Shown piece by piece: positions 13,220 to 25,671 of a DNA stretch of 64,000 nt. Every line of letters begins with the position of its first letter. Positions within the stretch are counted from its first letter, which is position 1. The stretch is from Octopus vulgaris. Lineage: Eukaryota. The stretch is taken from contig OX597815.1 of assembly GCA_951406725.2 (NCBI GenBank), forward strand, positions 197,718,001-197,782,000, written 5' to 3'. Position numbers and translations under genes: made by a program. The notes beneath the pieces are model-generated. The model saw only the letters and a program-made list of their open reading frames with translations. It was not told where the DNA came from and did no database searches.

Positions 13220-13434
13220 TTGTGTTTGTGTGTCTGTGTTTGTCCCCCCAGCATTGCTTGACAACTGATGCTGGTGTGTTTACGTCCCCGTTACTTAGTG
13301 GTTCGGCAAGGTTGACCGATAGAATAAGTACTGGGTATACAAAGAATAAGTCCCGGGGTCGATTTGCTCGACTAAAGGCGGTGCTCCAGCATGGCCGCAG
13401 TCAAATGACTGAAACAAGTAAAAGAGTAAAAGAG
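13014..13434 (+). mobile_element. SINE family A, full length (tandem copy 1)
   Basis: tRNA-like head with A/B boxes, TTGGGCAAGTG central domain, internal (TA)n(TG)n, tail GGCGGTGCTCCAGCATGGCCGCAGTCAAATGACTGAAAC(AAGTAAAAGAG)n. Confidence 0.95.
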
Positions 13435-13463
13435 TAATATCTGTACAGCTTTAGAATATATAT

Positions 13464-13864
13464 GTAGGAGTGGCTGTGTGGTAGTAGCTTGCTTACCAAC
13501 CACATGGTTCCGGGTTCAGTCCCACTGCGTGGCACCTTGGGCAAGTGTCTTCTGCTATAGCTTCGGGCCGACCAATGCCTTGTGAGTGGATTTGGTAGAC
13601 GGAAACTGAAAGAAGCCTGTCGTATATATGTATATATATACATGTGTGTGTGTGTGTGTGTGTCTGTGTTTGTCCCCCCAGCATTGCTTGACAACCGATG
13701 CTGGTGTGTTTACGTCCCCGTGACTTAGTGGTTCGGCAAGGTTGACCGATAGAATAAGTACTGGGCTTACAAAGAATAAGTCCCGGGGTCGATTTGCTCG
13801 ACTAAAGGCGGTGCTCCAGCATGGCCGCAGTCAAATGACTGAAACAAGTAAAAGAGTAAAAGAG
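13464..13864 (+). mobile_element. SINE family A, tandem copy 2 (chimeric)
   Basis: Head variants match copy 3; body and tail variants match copy 1. Confidence 0.95.
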
Positions 13865-13893
13865 TAATATCTGTACAGCTTTAGAATATATAT

Positions 13894-14056
13894 GTAGGAG
13901 TGGCTGTGTGGTAGTAGCTTGCTTACCAACTACATGGTTCCGGGTTCAGTCCCACTGCGTGGTTCCTTTGGCAGGTGTCTTCTACTATAGCCTCAGGCCG
14001 ACCAAAGCCTTGTAAGTGGATTTAGTAGATGGAAACTGAAAGAAGCCCGTCACAAT

Positions 14057-14118
<62 letters not shown>

Positions 14119-14337
14119 AGTGCGTATATGTTCGTGGGTCTGTGTCCCCCATTATCTCTTGACAACCGATGCTGGTGTATGTACGTCCTGGTAACATAGC
14201 GATTCAGCAAAAGAGACCGATAGAATAAGAACTAGACTTACAAAAAAATAAGTCCTGGGTTCGATTTTCTCGACTAAAAGGCGGTGCTCCAGCATGGACA
14301 CAGTCAATTGACTGAAACAAATAAAAGAGTAAAAGAG
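13894..14337 (+). mobile_element. SINE family A, tandem copy 3
   Basis: Same architecture, more diverged. Confidence 0.95.
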
Positions 14338-15647
14338 ATACTTCACACTCAAGAAATTATATCATTTATATACGAGTATATATATACATAAATTTATATG
14401 AGACACATGTTCTCACACAAATTGATAAGAGAAGATGCAGCAAACTTGATGTGAAATTGATGTGAAAATATAGCGCTCCCACCCAGTAGAATATTTCAAT
14501 AAACATTATTCGTAAAATTATTCGTAAAATGCATGTGTTGAAATTTTTCTTTTTCCCGTTATCCCAATAATTTCCACAATTACTCAGTACTTCTCAACGA
14601 CTTCATCTTTTTAATAGACACTCTCCCTGTTGTCTCATAGACAACTTATAAAGAAAATATAACTTTTGAAATAATTTTAGTATTGCATTATCTACCTCAT
14701 ACATTGTACTATATTGCGTACGTTATTCTAATCATCAGAATATAAACATCTCTTCACTACTCTATAAAGCCGGCAATGTGAAAATAATGAATTCTATTTT
14801 GCCTCAAATTTATCTCATAAAATTTTATCATGAAAAATACTTCTCATTTGAACACCTTGATTGTATTATTTAAGCCAAAAGCTTTGATTTTGCTGTCATT
14901 TCATCATACGTAAAAGTCATTCTAACCAATATGTTCCAAACCATATAACATAAATATCTAGTTTATCTAATTATTTAACGGCATTTATTCAAATCGAACT
15001 TGAGAGGCTCACGTGATTCTCACAAGTATAGCAGATACGTTTTACGACTGAATGTAATTAATTATACATAAAATGAAGGAACACATAAAAACACACACAT
15101 GTGTATTTGTCCATGTGTGTGTATATGTGTGTAGAAACATACATATGTACACACACACATATATATAAGCACCCGTTGGTTTAATAGCTGCATGTAAATA
15201 TGTAGATGTATAAACTTATATAGATACGCACATAGACATATATACATATCTTACATATGTGTGTGTATTTGTGTGAGTGAGTGTGTGTGTACATATAAAT
15301 CAATACGTGTATGTGAGTGGTTATGCATACAATCAAACGAATATGCAGAATGTCACTCGATGGAAAAGCTTAACGGAGATTAAGAAACAAAAGCTACTGG
15401 GTGGGAGCGCTAAGAAGTGATGTGTATAAATGTAATGTTACGACCAGTTCGAATACGCCAGTGGCACGTTCGGACTTGTAAAATAGCCAGTCACTGCGTT
15501 TTGTCATGGAGAAAATTACTCGCTGTAGACAAATGCTGGAAATACACCTGAATCAACTCGGTGCGCTACGTATAGATTTCTGTGACTGAAGAGAATATAA
15601 CCACGGGCATATGAGCGTGGACTACTAACCCCAAGATTCCGAGTTCG

Positions 15648-15649
<2 letters not shown>

Positions 15650-15726
<77 letters not shown>

Positions 15727-15968
15727 TTAATAATAATAATATTAATAATAATAATAATTAATAATAATGATAATAATAATAATAAAAACAACAGCAACAT
15801 CGAAAAATACCTTAGGAATGAGAACCCAGGTTCGAAATTTCCCCAAGACACCTGACGAAGGCTGGAGGGTACATGAACCGAAACGTTGTGTTAACAACAA
15901 GCACGATGAGGACAAATATCTGTCAAATGTAAATAATATACATAATTCCTTATCTATTAAATATAGAA
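15650..15968 (+). mobile_element. (AAT)n tract followed by a PLE-type terminal remnant
   Basis: (AAT)n at 15650-15785; hammerhead-like motif at ~15847-15892. Confidence 0.65.
15847..15892 (+). ncRNA. Minimal type I hammerhead motif, stem II degraded
   Basis: GACAC-CUGACGA-AGGCUGG...ACC-GAAAC-GUU-GUGUU; stem I pairs. Confidence 0.6.
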
Positions 15969-16336
15969 CTTTAGAAGATAACCAATTCGAAATGTTTGCA
16001 TCTCAGTCTGGATAAGTGGTGCTGCCAGCTGATTTAGGTGTATTTACACGGTCTCTCTACAGCAGGACACGGGAAATGCTAATAGCGATAGCTATTGGAT
16101 TTATAGCCAATCATCTGTTTTCTATCACCATGTGGTGAACATGATCGGTGTTTTTCTCGCTGGTGGCAATTTCAGGACGTCGAAACTTTGGGTCATCTTA
16201 AAGACTCTGCATTCACCTGTAAGTTAATTTAAGCATATCTAGTTGTCGTATTGTGTTAACCTGGGGTATATACTTATAATAATCCATGGGTGAAAGTGCT
16301 TCTGTCTATTCAATGTAATATTTTGTTATTAATTTC

Positions 16337-16419
16337 CTATGTGCAATTTATGATGTTCAAATATTAAACTTCAGTAATTCACTGAACTTTAATGTTTGAA
16401 CATCATAAATTGCACATAG
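16337..16419. repeat. Near-perfect 83-nt hairpin
   Basis: 39-bp arms (16337-16375 and 16381-16419), 2 mismatches, 5-nt loop. Confidence 0.92.
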
Positions 16420-16637
16420 TCGAGCATATTCGTATAAATTTCTTTGACAAGAATATGCAGAGTATCAGAATGGAACAGGAACTCATTAGGTAGATCCATG
16501 ATCAAATGAAAATACAGTTACAGGAAATGTCCATTAGCAGTTTCAAATGAGAATATTTGATGTTAATCCATGGCGAAGAATCGGGGAGCTTAGCAGTTCT
16601 AGTTTTGAGTTAAAGACAGACAGATGAATGAAGTAGA

Positions 16638-16972
16638 ATGTATGTATGTATGTATGTATGTATGTATGTATGTATGTATGTATGTATGTATGAATGAATG
16701 GATGTATGAATGAATGAAAGAATGAATGAATGAATGAATAAACGAACGAATGAATGCATGTATGTTGTTATTCAGTTATATTTCAAGAGTTCTTGCCAAC
16801 AGAGAAAGAGTCCGTATCTGTCCTAGAACCAAGGCTCCTTCATTGGAGTTTCAAAAAACATCAACATGGTATTTTGTGTGTGTGTATGTATGTATGTAAG
16901 TATGTATGTATGTATGTATGTATGTATGTATGTATGTATGTATGTATGTATGTATGTATGTATGTATGTATG
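16638..16972. repeat. (TATG)n and (GAAT)n microsatellites
   Basis: Direct reading. Confidence 0.9.
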
Positions 16973-17495
16973 TCAGGTCACATTCGAGTGCTACTGGTAA
17001 CATGTAACCCAGTACAACTTGTTGCATGGCCGGGTCGTCGGCGACTAAACCGGCAACTCCACCAAGCTTGCTTGGTAAGGAGGGTGTTTATTGGACACCC
17101 TGCGGGATGAAAAACAAAACCCGTCAAAGGGCGGAGGAACTCTTGTGAGACAACGGCCATCCAATAAATGTCTTAAGGCTGTATCATGCGCGGGAACATA
17201 GAAATAATCGGACTGAAAACCCGATCGCGCGGTTAAACCATTGGGAGTGAAGGACTCCTAGCCTTTGTTACGGCATCCTTCTAGGAGAAGGTAACTCAGG
17301 TAACTGGGATAACTCCGATATAAAACCTGCGGGTCATTGATTACCGATGATGTTGACGTGTTCTTCTTTTTAGGATTATGGCTGCTGTTGCTTAGTGAGT
17401 GGGATTTTCCTCACTTTAAAAAATTGACTGCATGATAACAACATTGATTAAGCTTCGTGCAATGGCCATACTCGATAAAGAGGGGACAGCCACTA
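16973..17495 (+). mobile_element. Non-autonomous retroposon resembling an RTE-clade LINE 5'UTR, embedded in (TATG)n
   Basis: CTAGGAGAAGGTAACTC...AAACC motif resembles RTE 5'UTRs; GC-rich with several hairpins; (TATG)n on both sides. Confidence 0.55.
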
Positions 17496-17549
17496 TGTAT
17501 GTATGTATGTATGTATGTATGTATTATGTATGTATATTTATGTGCAGTT

Positions 17550-18718
17550 TTGTGTTATGAAAAAGTTTCTGCAGTAGTTATGTTTAATAATAAATAACTT
17601 ATTTGCCTCAGTTTTAAAATTACCTCCTTCGAAATAGCCAACTGCGCAGCAATACACCGCTTCCAGCGTTCATGCAAGTTTTGGAATCTGGTCTGGAAGT
17701 TGATAACGCTCTGGATCTCGACAACTGTTGAAACGGCGGCCTTTGGACAGCCTTTCCTCTTGGGGAAGGGATGGATATTCTCAGGTGCTAATTCTTGTGA
17801 ATAGGGGGATGAGTTGCATTGTCGTCATGAAGAATTCAATTTCTCCACGCTCCACCGATCTGGTCGCATTCGTCAAATATCTTCCCTGAGACGTTTCAAA
17901 ACGTCGCAGTGGAACTCTGGACTGACAGTCTCGCCATGGGGGACGAATTCTCAGTGTACAATACTACGGATGTGATAAAATTGATGAACATGCTCCTGAG
18001 TGAACTGCGGCTCAGTTGTGCAACATTTAGTCGTGGAGATGAAGGGCTCTTTGCTTCAGAGTGTTCCCGTAGATCCGACTCTCGCCACCGGGGATGATCT
18101 TCGACATGAAGGAGGTGTCATCAGCGGCACAACGACGGAGATCTCGACAGATTTCTATGCTATATTGTTTATTGCTCAGTGGTTAGCAGGCGGGGGAAGA
18201 AATTGGCACAGGCGCTGCATATTCATTTCAGATGTTAAGATTGCCTGTACGGACCAATACGCCAGACCAATTATATCAGCAATGTTGTTGATTGTCCTCC
18301 GACGATCCTGATGCTGAATCTGATGAACTTCCTCCACGTTTTCGGGGGTGCCACGTTTTTCAGATCGCTCATCATTTTCCAACGACGTTCTTCCGCTGGA
18401 AACTTTGCGTACGACCTCATCAATATAAACTTGCAGAACCTTGCTTCAATGTCCCTTTGTAGCAGAATGCTCGTGTTTAGCGCAAACTTTCACGTTGGAT
18501 CTATGTTCCAACTTCTTGTCCATGACAATATTGCAAACTACAGCATACATATGATCACAAAATGACAGATTTCACAACTTAAGAAGTAAACACAGAGTGT
18601 CACTCGGTAGACTGCCTTATGATGGTCTCTGTCAGCTCTCACTGTACACACAACTGTGTGCTGCCAGGAGTTGGTGCTCTACACATCCAATCCAGGAACG
18701 TTTTGATACCATCTCTCG
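17550..18718 (-). mobile_element. Decayed mariner, same family as 9746-10970
   Basis: TIR CCAGGAACGTTTTGATACCATCTCTCG|TA; ENDERS...PENVEEVHQIQHQDRRRTINNIADIIGL. Confidence 0.88.
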
Positions 18719-19354
18719 TATACTGCTCAGTACGTGGGTGTTTCATGCTAGTCGAGAGAGGTTAAGGGATGCAAGTATAGAAAGTAAAGGATTTAAAAAT
18801 AGTAAATGTTAGATACTGTCAAATGACCAACAAGGCTGGCCAGAGTTACCAAAATGGGAAGGCGGTTTAGTGATGATGATAAAGCGGTTATAAAAGATAA
18901 CAAGGATCTGAAGCTAAAGGAAACCTGATATTTAAGGAAGCAATGGGAGAATTAGGATTCACCAGGCTATAGTATTGCTAGAAATAGATGCCAATATTAT
19001 TAAGCATAAAATTAAAAGTTTAGAATTTAAGATTTCAGTAACATCACAAATCATTAAATCTCCCATGATTTCCATTAATAAGAGGCACTTTTTGCTTTAA
19101 ATGCCTATTAACTTTTACAATCACTGTATTACCATCAACACCCACTTCCTCCTATTTTTGCTAACTCTGACTAGCCGTGTCGGTCATTTGGTAGTATCTG
19201 ACATTTGCAATTCTTAAACGCTTTATCTATCTGTCTCTATGCATGCACCCCTAAACCTTACCGACTAGCATACCGCCACTATACAAACTAGTATATATCT
19301 CTTCTACTACATCTACGTCTGTCTTTCCATCTATACTATAATAAATATAAATAA

Positions 19355-19603
19355 AAGCGCCCTTTTAAAGTCTAGCCAGGCTCATGGGCCCGGTTTCCCG
19401 GTTTCAATGGCATATGTGTCCCCTCGCTGGACGGGACTCCAGTCCATCGCAGCGTTACTCATTTTTGCCAGCTGAGTGGACTGGAGCAACGTGAAATGAA
19501 GTGTTTTGCTCACGAACACAACGCGTCGCCCGGTACATGAATCGAAACCACAATCTTACGATCATGGTGCTGACAACCTAACCCCTAAGCCACGCGCCTC
19601 CAC
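19355..19603 (-). mobile_element. tRNA-headed SINE family C (Meta/V-like domain)
   Basis: Minus head GGAGGCGCGTGGCTTAG..GGTTTCGATTC; core GAGCAAAACACTT..GTCCACTCAGCTG..CTGCGATGGACTGG.GTCCCGTCCAG. Confidence 0.8.
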
Positions 19604-19834
19604 ATAAGTCTACTATAGTATACCTATTCTACACTCCTCATTCATTCTCTATTCAAATCTGGAACCCGTAATCTCCACTGTTCCTCGTCATGGATTTTCA
19701 TTGAACATTCTCACCTGAAACTGCTAATGGACATTATCTATAACTGTTATTTCTTTTGCTCGTGGATCTACTTAACGCGTCGCATTTCTACTCTGGCCCT
19801 TCCCACATTGACAAACTGGAATACATTAATAGCT

Positions 19835-20340
19835 TTCACTTGGGATTTTCCCTCTCTTTTACATCTCTCTGACTTCTCCTGCTCTGATGGCTCAACCTAT
19901 GGATTCCTTATTCATAGCGGGTGAGCGTGCAGGCGTGTATATATGCGTGAGATGCTCGTGTGCATTCACCATCCCACCGACTGGAAGCAGGTAATAGTCT
20001 GGTTGTGAATGAGACTGATGGAATACGTACCAGAATTAATAAATAATCACTGGTAAAGATTTCTTATTATCTGTCAGGTTAAAGGTAACCTGAAGTACTA
20101 CTAGAAAATGAAGGCATTCGTAAGATCGTTCCAAGCCACAAATATAAACTGATGATAATAAACATTTGGGTGAGGTGCCAAGAATGGTGAATACACACTG
20201 GCATCTCACGCATATATACATGCCTGAGCGCTCGCCCACTATCGTGTGGATCATCATGTTGAATAAGGATTCCATAGGCTGAGTCATCAAAGCAGGAGAA
20301 GTCAGCGAGATGTAAAAGAGAGGGAAAATCCCTCAGTGAA
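19835..20340. repeat. Inverted pair of an unclassified repeat
   Basis: 19835-19975 is the diverged reverse complement of 20184-20340. Confidence 0.85.
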
Positions 20341-20864
20341 AGATGGAGATATAGATCGCATCTTGAGGGGTTAGGCGAAGGAAGACCGGTGAGAAAATAG
20401 ATGTTGCATCTAAATGGCTGGCCGACAGAATAAGGATTATAAATCACGGAACCGCCAAAGATAGTGTGGCGTGCCTCCTGATATACACTGAAAATCAAGC
20501 AAAAAGAAAATACATACAACCGCACAAATATACAAACAGAAATATATTTATATACACATATAATATAGACACGGATATATATATATATAAATATGAATAT
20601 ACATTCACTCACTCATCTATGGACACTGATACACTCAGACGCACACAAACACACACATGCATATATATATATATATATATATATACACGTATCTCTTGGC
20701 TTATATGCGTTTTCTATAGCATGCATTTGAGTGGGTATAATCTACCGCAAATATTTAAATCTCATGGCTTAATAAATAGTTCATAACTGCAATATTTCGA
20801 CGCTAACACCTAATCTTTTGAAGCTAGAATTCAAAGTGTGAAGTAAATGGTGTGCACAAAATAC

Positions 20865-21000
20865 TCCCTCTCCCTCTCCCCCCTCTCTCTCACTCTCTCT
20901 CACACACACACACAAACGCACACATTTATATATGCATTTGTCTATGTATGTTTAGATACGTAAATGTGTCTGTATATATATATATATATAAATATTTATT

Positions 21001-21065
<65 letters not shown>

Positions 21066-21310
21066 GTACGCATGAACTCTCTCACACACAAACGTACACA
21101 CACACACACATATGCACACACGACTTTATATATACATTTGTCTATGTATGTTTAGATACGAAAATGTGTGTGCGTGTGTGTGTATATATAATTATGCATT
21201 TGTGCATACACACACGCATATATATATATATATATATATATACGCACACACGTACACACGAACTCTATCTTTTCTCTCTCTCTCACAAACACACACGCAC
21301 ACACAATATC
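20865..21310. repeat. Microsatellite field with a diverged ~185 bp tandem duplication
   Basis: CATTTGTCTATGTATGTTTAGATACG occurs twice; CACACGTAC.CA.GAACTCT occurs twice. Confidence 0.8.
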
Positions 21311-22159
21311 ACCTTCAAAGTATGGCGTTGGAATAAATTTTCGAATCCATCCCCGTTTTATTAATTAAATTTCATTACATTTAATCCACCTTCTTTCTGT
21401 AAAGTTTTTAAACTCGCCATGAACATTAAAAACATTATTAATGGTCTTTTTTACATTTATGTCCACGGCGTATTTCAGTTAAAATATATCTTCAATTATT
21501 TAATGAAACAGGAAGAAAGAAAGTATTTAACTCGTCTCAGTAAACGTTGCTTGCTTCGGGAAGATAATTACGTATTGATTTCAAATATAAACATCAAAGA
21601 AAATTTGTCAGCTTTAATTTAATTAAATTCGTGAATATATTTTCTACAAATTGAGATTTGTTCGTGTGTCAGATTGTTGATGGAATTTAGCAATTTGCTG
21701 CTACTTTTACACATATAATATTGTGTTTGATATAAGTGGTTCGCAATAAAAATATTTAAGTCCTTACGTCGCAAGCCAGAATTACATGTAGAAATTGAAA
21801 CAAGCAAAAACACTGTTGTTTAGCCTGTTGGTTTTGATCTCTCAGAGTAAATATTTTCTGTGTATTTATCTACATTTCCTTTTTTGTTCAATTAAATTAT
21901 TATCATAGTTGAATTTATGCATCGTTACTTGTCAACACACATTGTAATTCATCTAAACGCCTCACAGGAGTAATGAAACGAAAATCGACGCCTGCGGTAT
22001 TTAATTTCAGATCGTATACAACGGTAATTTATTACTACAAATAATTTCCTGTAGCAAAATGCTGCGATAATGTAACCTCATCTCCATATTTGGTTTCCGA
22101 AGTTTAGCATCGGATGTATCCGCCATAGTAATTGAGTTGACACGTATTAATTCAAATTT

Positions 22160-22870
22160 TAGCCCCGAAAGACTGAAAGGCAAAGACGACCGTGGCTGAA
22201 TTTGAACCCAGAAAGTAAAAAGCCAGAAGGAATCCATTTAAGCTATTTGTTCAACTTTCTAACGATTATAACAGCAAGCCACCTGAAGATGAACTCATAA
22301 TATTCTTTCTAAATTTTTTACAAGGCCAGCAATTTTAATGTGAGGAATAACTCGATTACATTGGCCCCAGTACTCAAAGAGTACCTATCTTATTGACCCC
22401 TGATGGGTAACAGGCCAAGTCGACCTCGGAGGCATTTCAAATTGAACATATTATTGGCACAATGCCAGTTATGTAGTGGGAGGCGCTTACATTGATCCCT
22501 GTGCTCAACTGCTACTTATTTCATCGACGCCAAAGAATAAAAAGCAGACCTGACCTCGGAGGAATTTGAACTCAGAACGTTAAGATGGACGAAATGCCGC
22601 TAAGCACTTTTCCCCGTATGCTAACGGTTCTTCCAACTCGCCGTCCTCGTTGAACATATAATATTGGTTTCATATTCCGGCGCAAGACCAGCAAGTATAA
22701 GTTTGTAACATCGATCCCAGTATTAAAGTACTGCTTATTTTATCGATGCCGAGGGGTGAAGGGCAAAGTCGACCTCGGTAGAATTTGAACTCAGAACATA
22801 AAGACGATCGAAATGCAGCTAAACATTTGCCCAGCATGCTAAAGATTCTGATAGCTCATCATCCTCGGTA
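22160..22870 (-). mobile_element. Head-to-tail cluster of ~4 degraded family B SINEs
   Basis: Recurring GTCGACCTCGG.GGAATTTGAACTCAGAAC and TTATTTTATCGA motifs. Confidence 0.8.
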
Positions 22871-25244
22871 AACATAATATTAAATGAAATAAGCAGTCGA
22901 TTGTTTGAATTCGAACCCGGACGATGAATAGACGTATTCAAATACCACGATTTATGTTTGGACGCTCTTGTTAAATAATTTTGTTATTAAGGTCTATAAA
23001 ATGACTTGTAATTACATGAAATTGGTGTAGAATTGATTAAATATGCGCCGTAGTCCTACATTTGTATACGTAAGTTAATTTATTGATTTTATTGATCTTC
23101 TGATGACCTCAAGTACGTTTTAGACTGACTAAAATATTTAAATGAACGTAAAATATATGAACAAAATAACAAAAACAAAATATCTAAGTAAGTAATTTTC
23201 AGTTCTATAATCTTTTATCATAAAAGAATATTTCAAGGTGTGTAAAATAAATATTTTAGTTTATTCTCTTGAGTTGCTCATTCGTATAATGTTCTTTAAA
23301 ATGATCACGTATATTGATATCAAGCGAATCGATATACACAGAAATAGTCTGTTAAAAATGGAGATTACATTACACATCAAATTTAATTAGAATAGATCAT
23401 GTATGTACGATAAAAATCAGAGAACATTTATATTATGAAAACCATTAGAGATTCTATCTCTGTCTGGAAACTTTAAAATTCAAATAGACAAAATATTTCC
23501 TTTATCCGTTACATTATAGATAGGAGAAAGAATCTGTGGACTAATCAGTGATATATAAACTCGTTATGCAATATCGCTAAAATAACAGTAGTTGCACAAA
23601 TTTTACTTAGCCAACTTTTTTCTATCCACTATTCTTGTTGAATCAGGAAAGAATATGGCCATTTGCTTTGCCGATAAAATTACAATATATTTTTAGAATA
23701 CTGCTTGCAATATCTTTGAAACAATCTCTAGATTTTGTTTCTATTTGCTTTACTAATGTGTGTAATGGAAATCCTACTGAATTCATTCTTCAATTGGGCA
23801 TAGAATATGAGATTGTATCATTGGGATAATATGGAACGTTGGAAAAGGAATAAAAGAAAGCTGTGCTCTATCAATACAAAGCGCACGTCATTGAATGTTC
23901 GTACGCTTGTAAGTAATTTAAAACCGCTATAAAGCAGAAAATGAACACTCTCTGTCTCTTAAATAGCGGATGTTTCGGTCTAGTTCAAACGCTATAAGTG
24001 AATTGATATAACTTATAGTAGGAAAATAATTGGATATTTTGTGGTGGTAATAAACGAACATAAAAATAACAAAACATAAAAGTCGACTCGAATAAATATT
24101 GTGTTATAAGATTTATAGAAAGATAAAAAAAAAGACAAATATTTGTTTTAATTGGCCTCTAATGCGGAAATTTAGCTATCTGTTATGAGTATGTATATAT
24201 CCAGTTGTTTGCAGGTGAGATAATTGCTTCACGGGAACACACATTGTTTTCAAAGCTGGGAAAATGATTAAATAGCATTTATGAGACCTACAGGGATTTC
24301 TAAAGCAGGAGAAACTTATCTTGAAACACAGTATGAGTTGAATACTATATATATATGCTGATTCTTCATTTGAAACCATATCTGAGACTTTTTTTCGCAG
24401 CTAAAACTTTTAATTTGGTAAGCAATTCTCGGATCGAGTTACTTCGAATTTGATGTAAAATCTTGAATTCCAGGAAAGTATTCATGGCATATGTCGGCAA
24501 TAATCAGTAATATTCAAAATATTTAAGGTGTAAACCCTTTAAGCAACATACATCTTAATGTTGTCCGTACGACTATGGAACTGAGGAAAAAAGGTAATGA
24601 TTCTATAAGGGCTGGAATACTATCTAGAATTTGCATATATAACCCAAGCAACAAGATTCTCGCCCTTTCGCCTATGAGGGCAATAACGTGCTACCTCATT
24701 TGACATTCCACGCATTATGCGAATTATGGATTTATTTCAAGATTATGCAACATTATTTACTGACTAAAAGACGCTTAAGGAAATATTTGTTTGAATAGTG
24801 TTGTAGGAGAAGAAACTCCTAACACTCCATTTGACCTTGGACAGAATTCAATAAAGAGTGAAATTTATGAAATGTTATTGAAGTGATTACTGCTAATATT
24901 TAGCCGCAGTTCAATATTGACCGATTAAAGCAGCGATCATATTCTTCATACCTATCGCTTTATAGTCACGCCTCTTAAGCATAATATAACTACAACTATA
25001 CAAAAACTGAGAGTTATTATATCAGTGAGACTTGGATAAGATATCTAACTGACAAATTGTTCACATTCAGTTTTATACTACGAAATGTATTGGCTATAAC
25101 ACAAAGATACCCCATAGATAATTTTAAAATTTCACTGGAACAATATAACATTTCCTTGCCTTAAAAATATAGATAGTAGTAATTACATATAAAAACGTTT
25201 CTAATAAAAATCCTGGACTGTAGTTACAATACGGCTTTGAAATC

Positions 25245-25357
25245 TCATTTTAACTCGGTAACTTGGGTAAGTAGCTTGTTATATAGACCCAGAAAAACCA
25301 ATGATGGGTCACTAAACTTGATTTTCGGGAATTGGGAAACTGTGAAAACCGTCGTAT
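25245..25357 (+). mobile_element. Highly degraded SINE family A-like fragment
   Basis: TTGGGTAAGT...GGAAACTGTGAAAACCGTCGTATAT leading into a microsatellite. Confidence 0.5.
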
Positions 25358-25626
25358 ATGTGTGTATGTATGTATGTATGTATGTATGTATGTATGTATG
25401 TATGTATGTATGTATGCATGTATGTATGTATGTATGCATGTATGTATATGTGTGTGTATGTATGTATTTACGTATGTATGGGGTTATCTACCTATATATA
25501 AATGATAAATGTACATGTAAACGCGTATATATATATGCGATCTTTAGGTCAGTTAAAACATACACACGCACGCACACACGCACACACACACACACACACA
25601 CACACTCGCACCCACACCCACCCACC

Positions 25627-25671
<45 letters not shown>

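Noticed and set aside
12973-13694. Recurrent ORFs such as [29 protein letters not shown]
   Set aside because: Antisense translations of SINE family A, not a gene family
14471-15412. 940-bp MITE bounded by 19-bp TIRs
   Set aside because: Homology to the 11855-12030 paralogue appears to continue past the left repeat, so it is not a clean insertion; kept as a templated-patch finding
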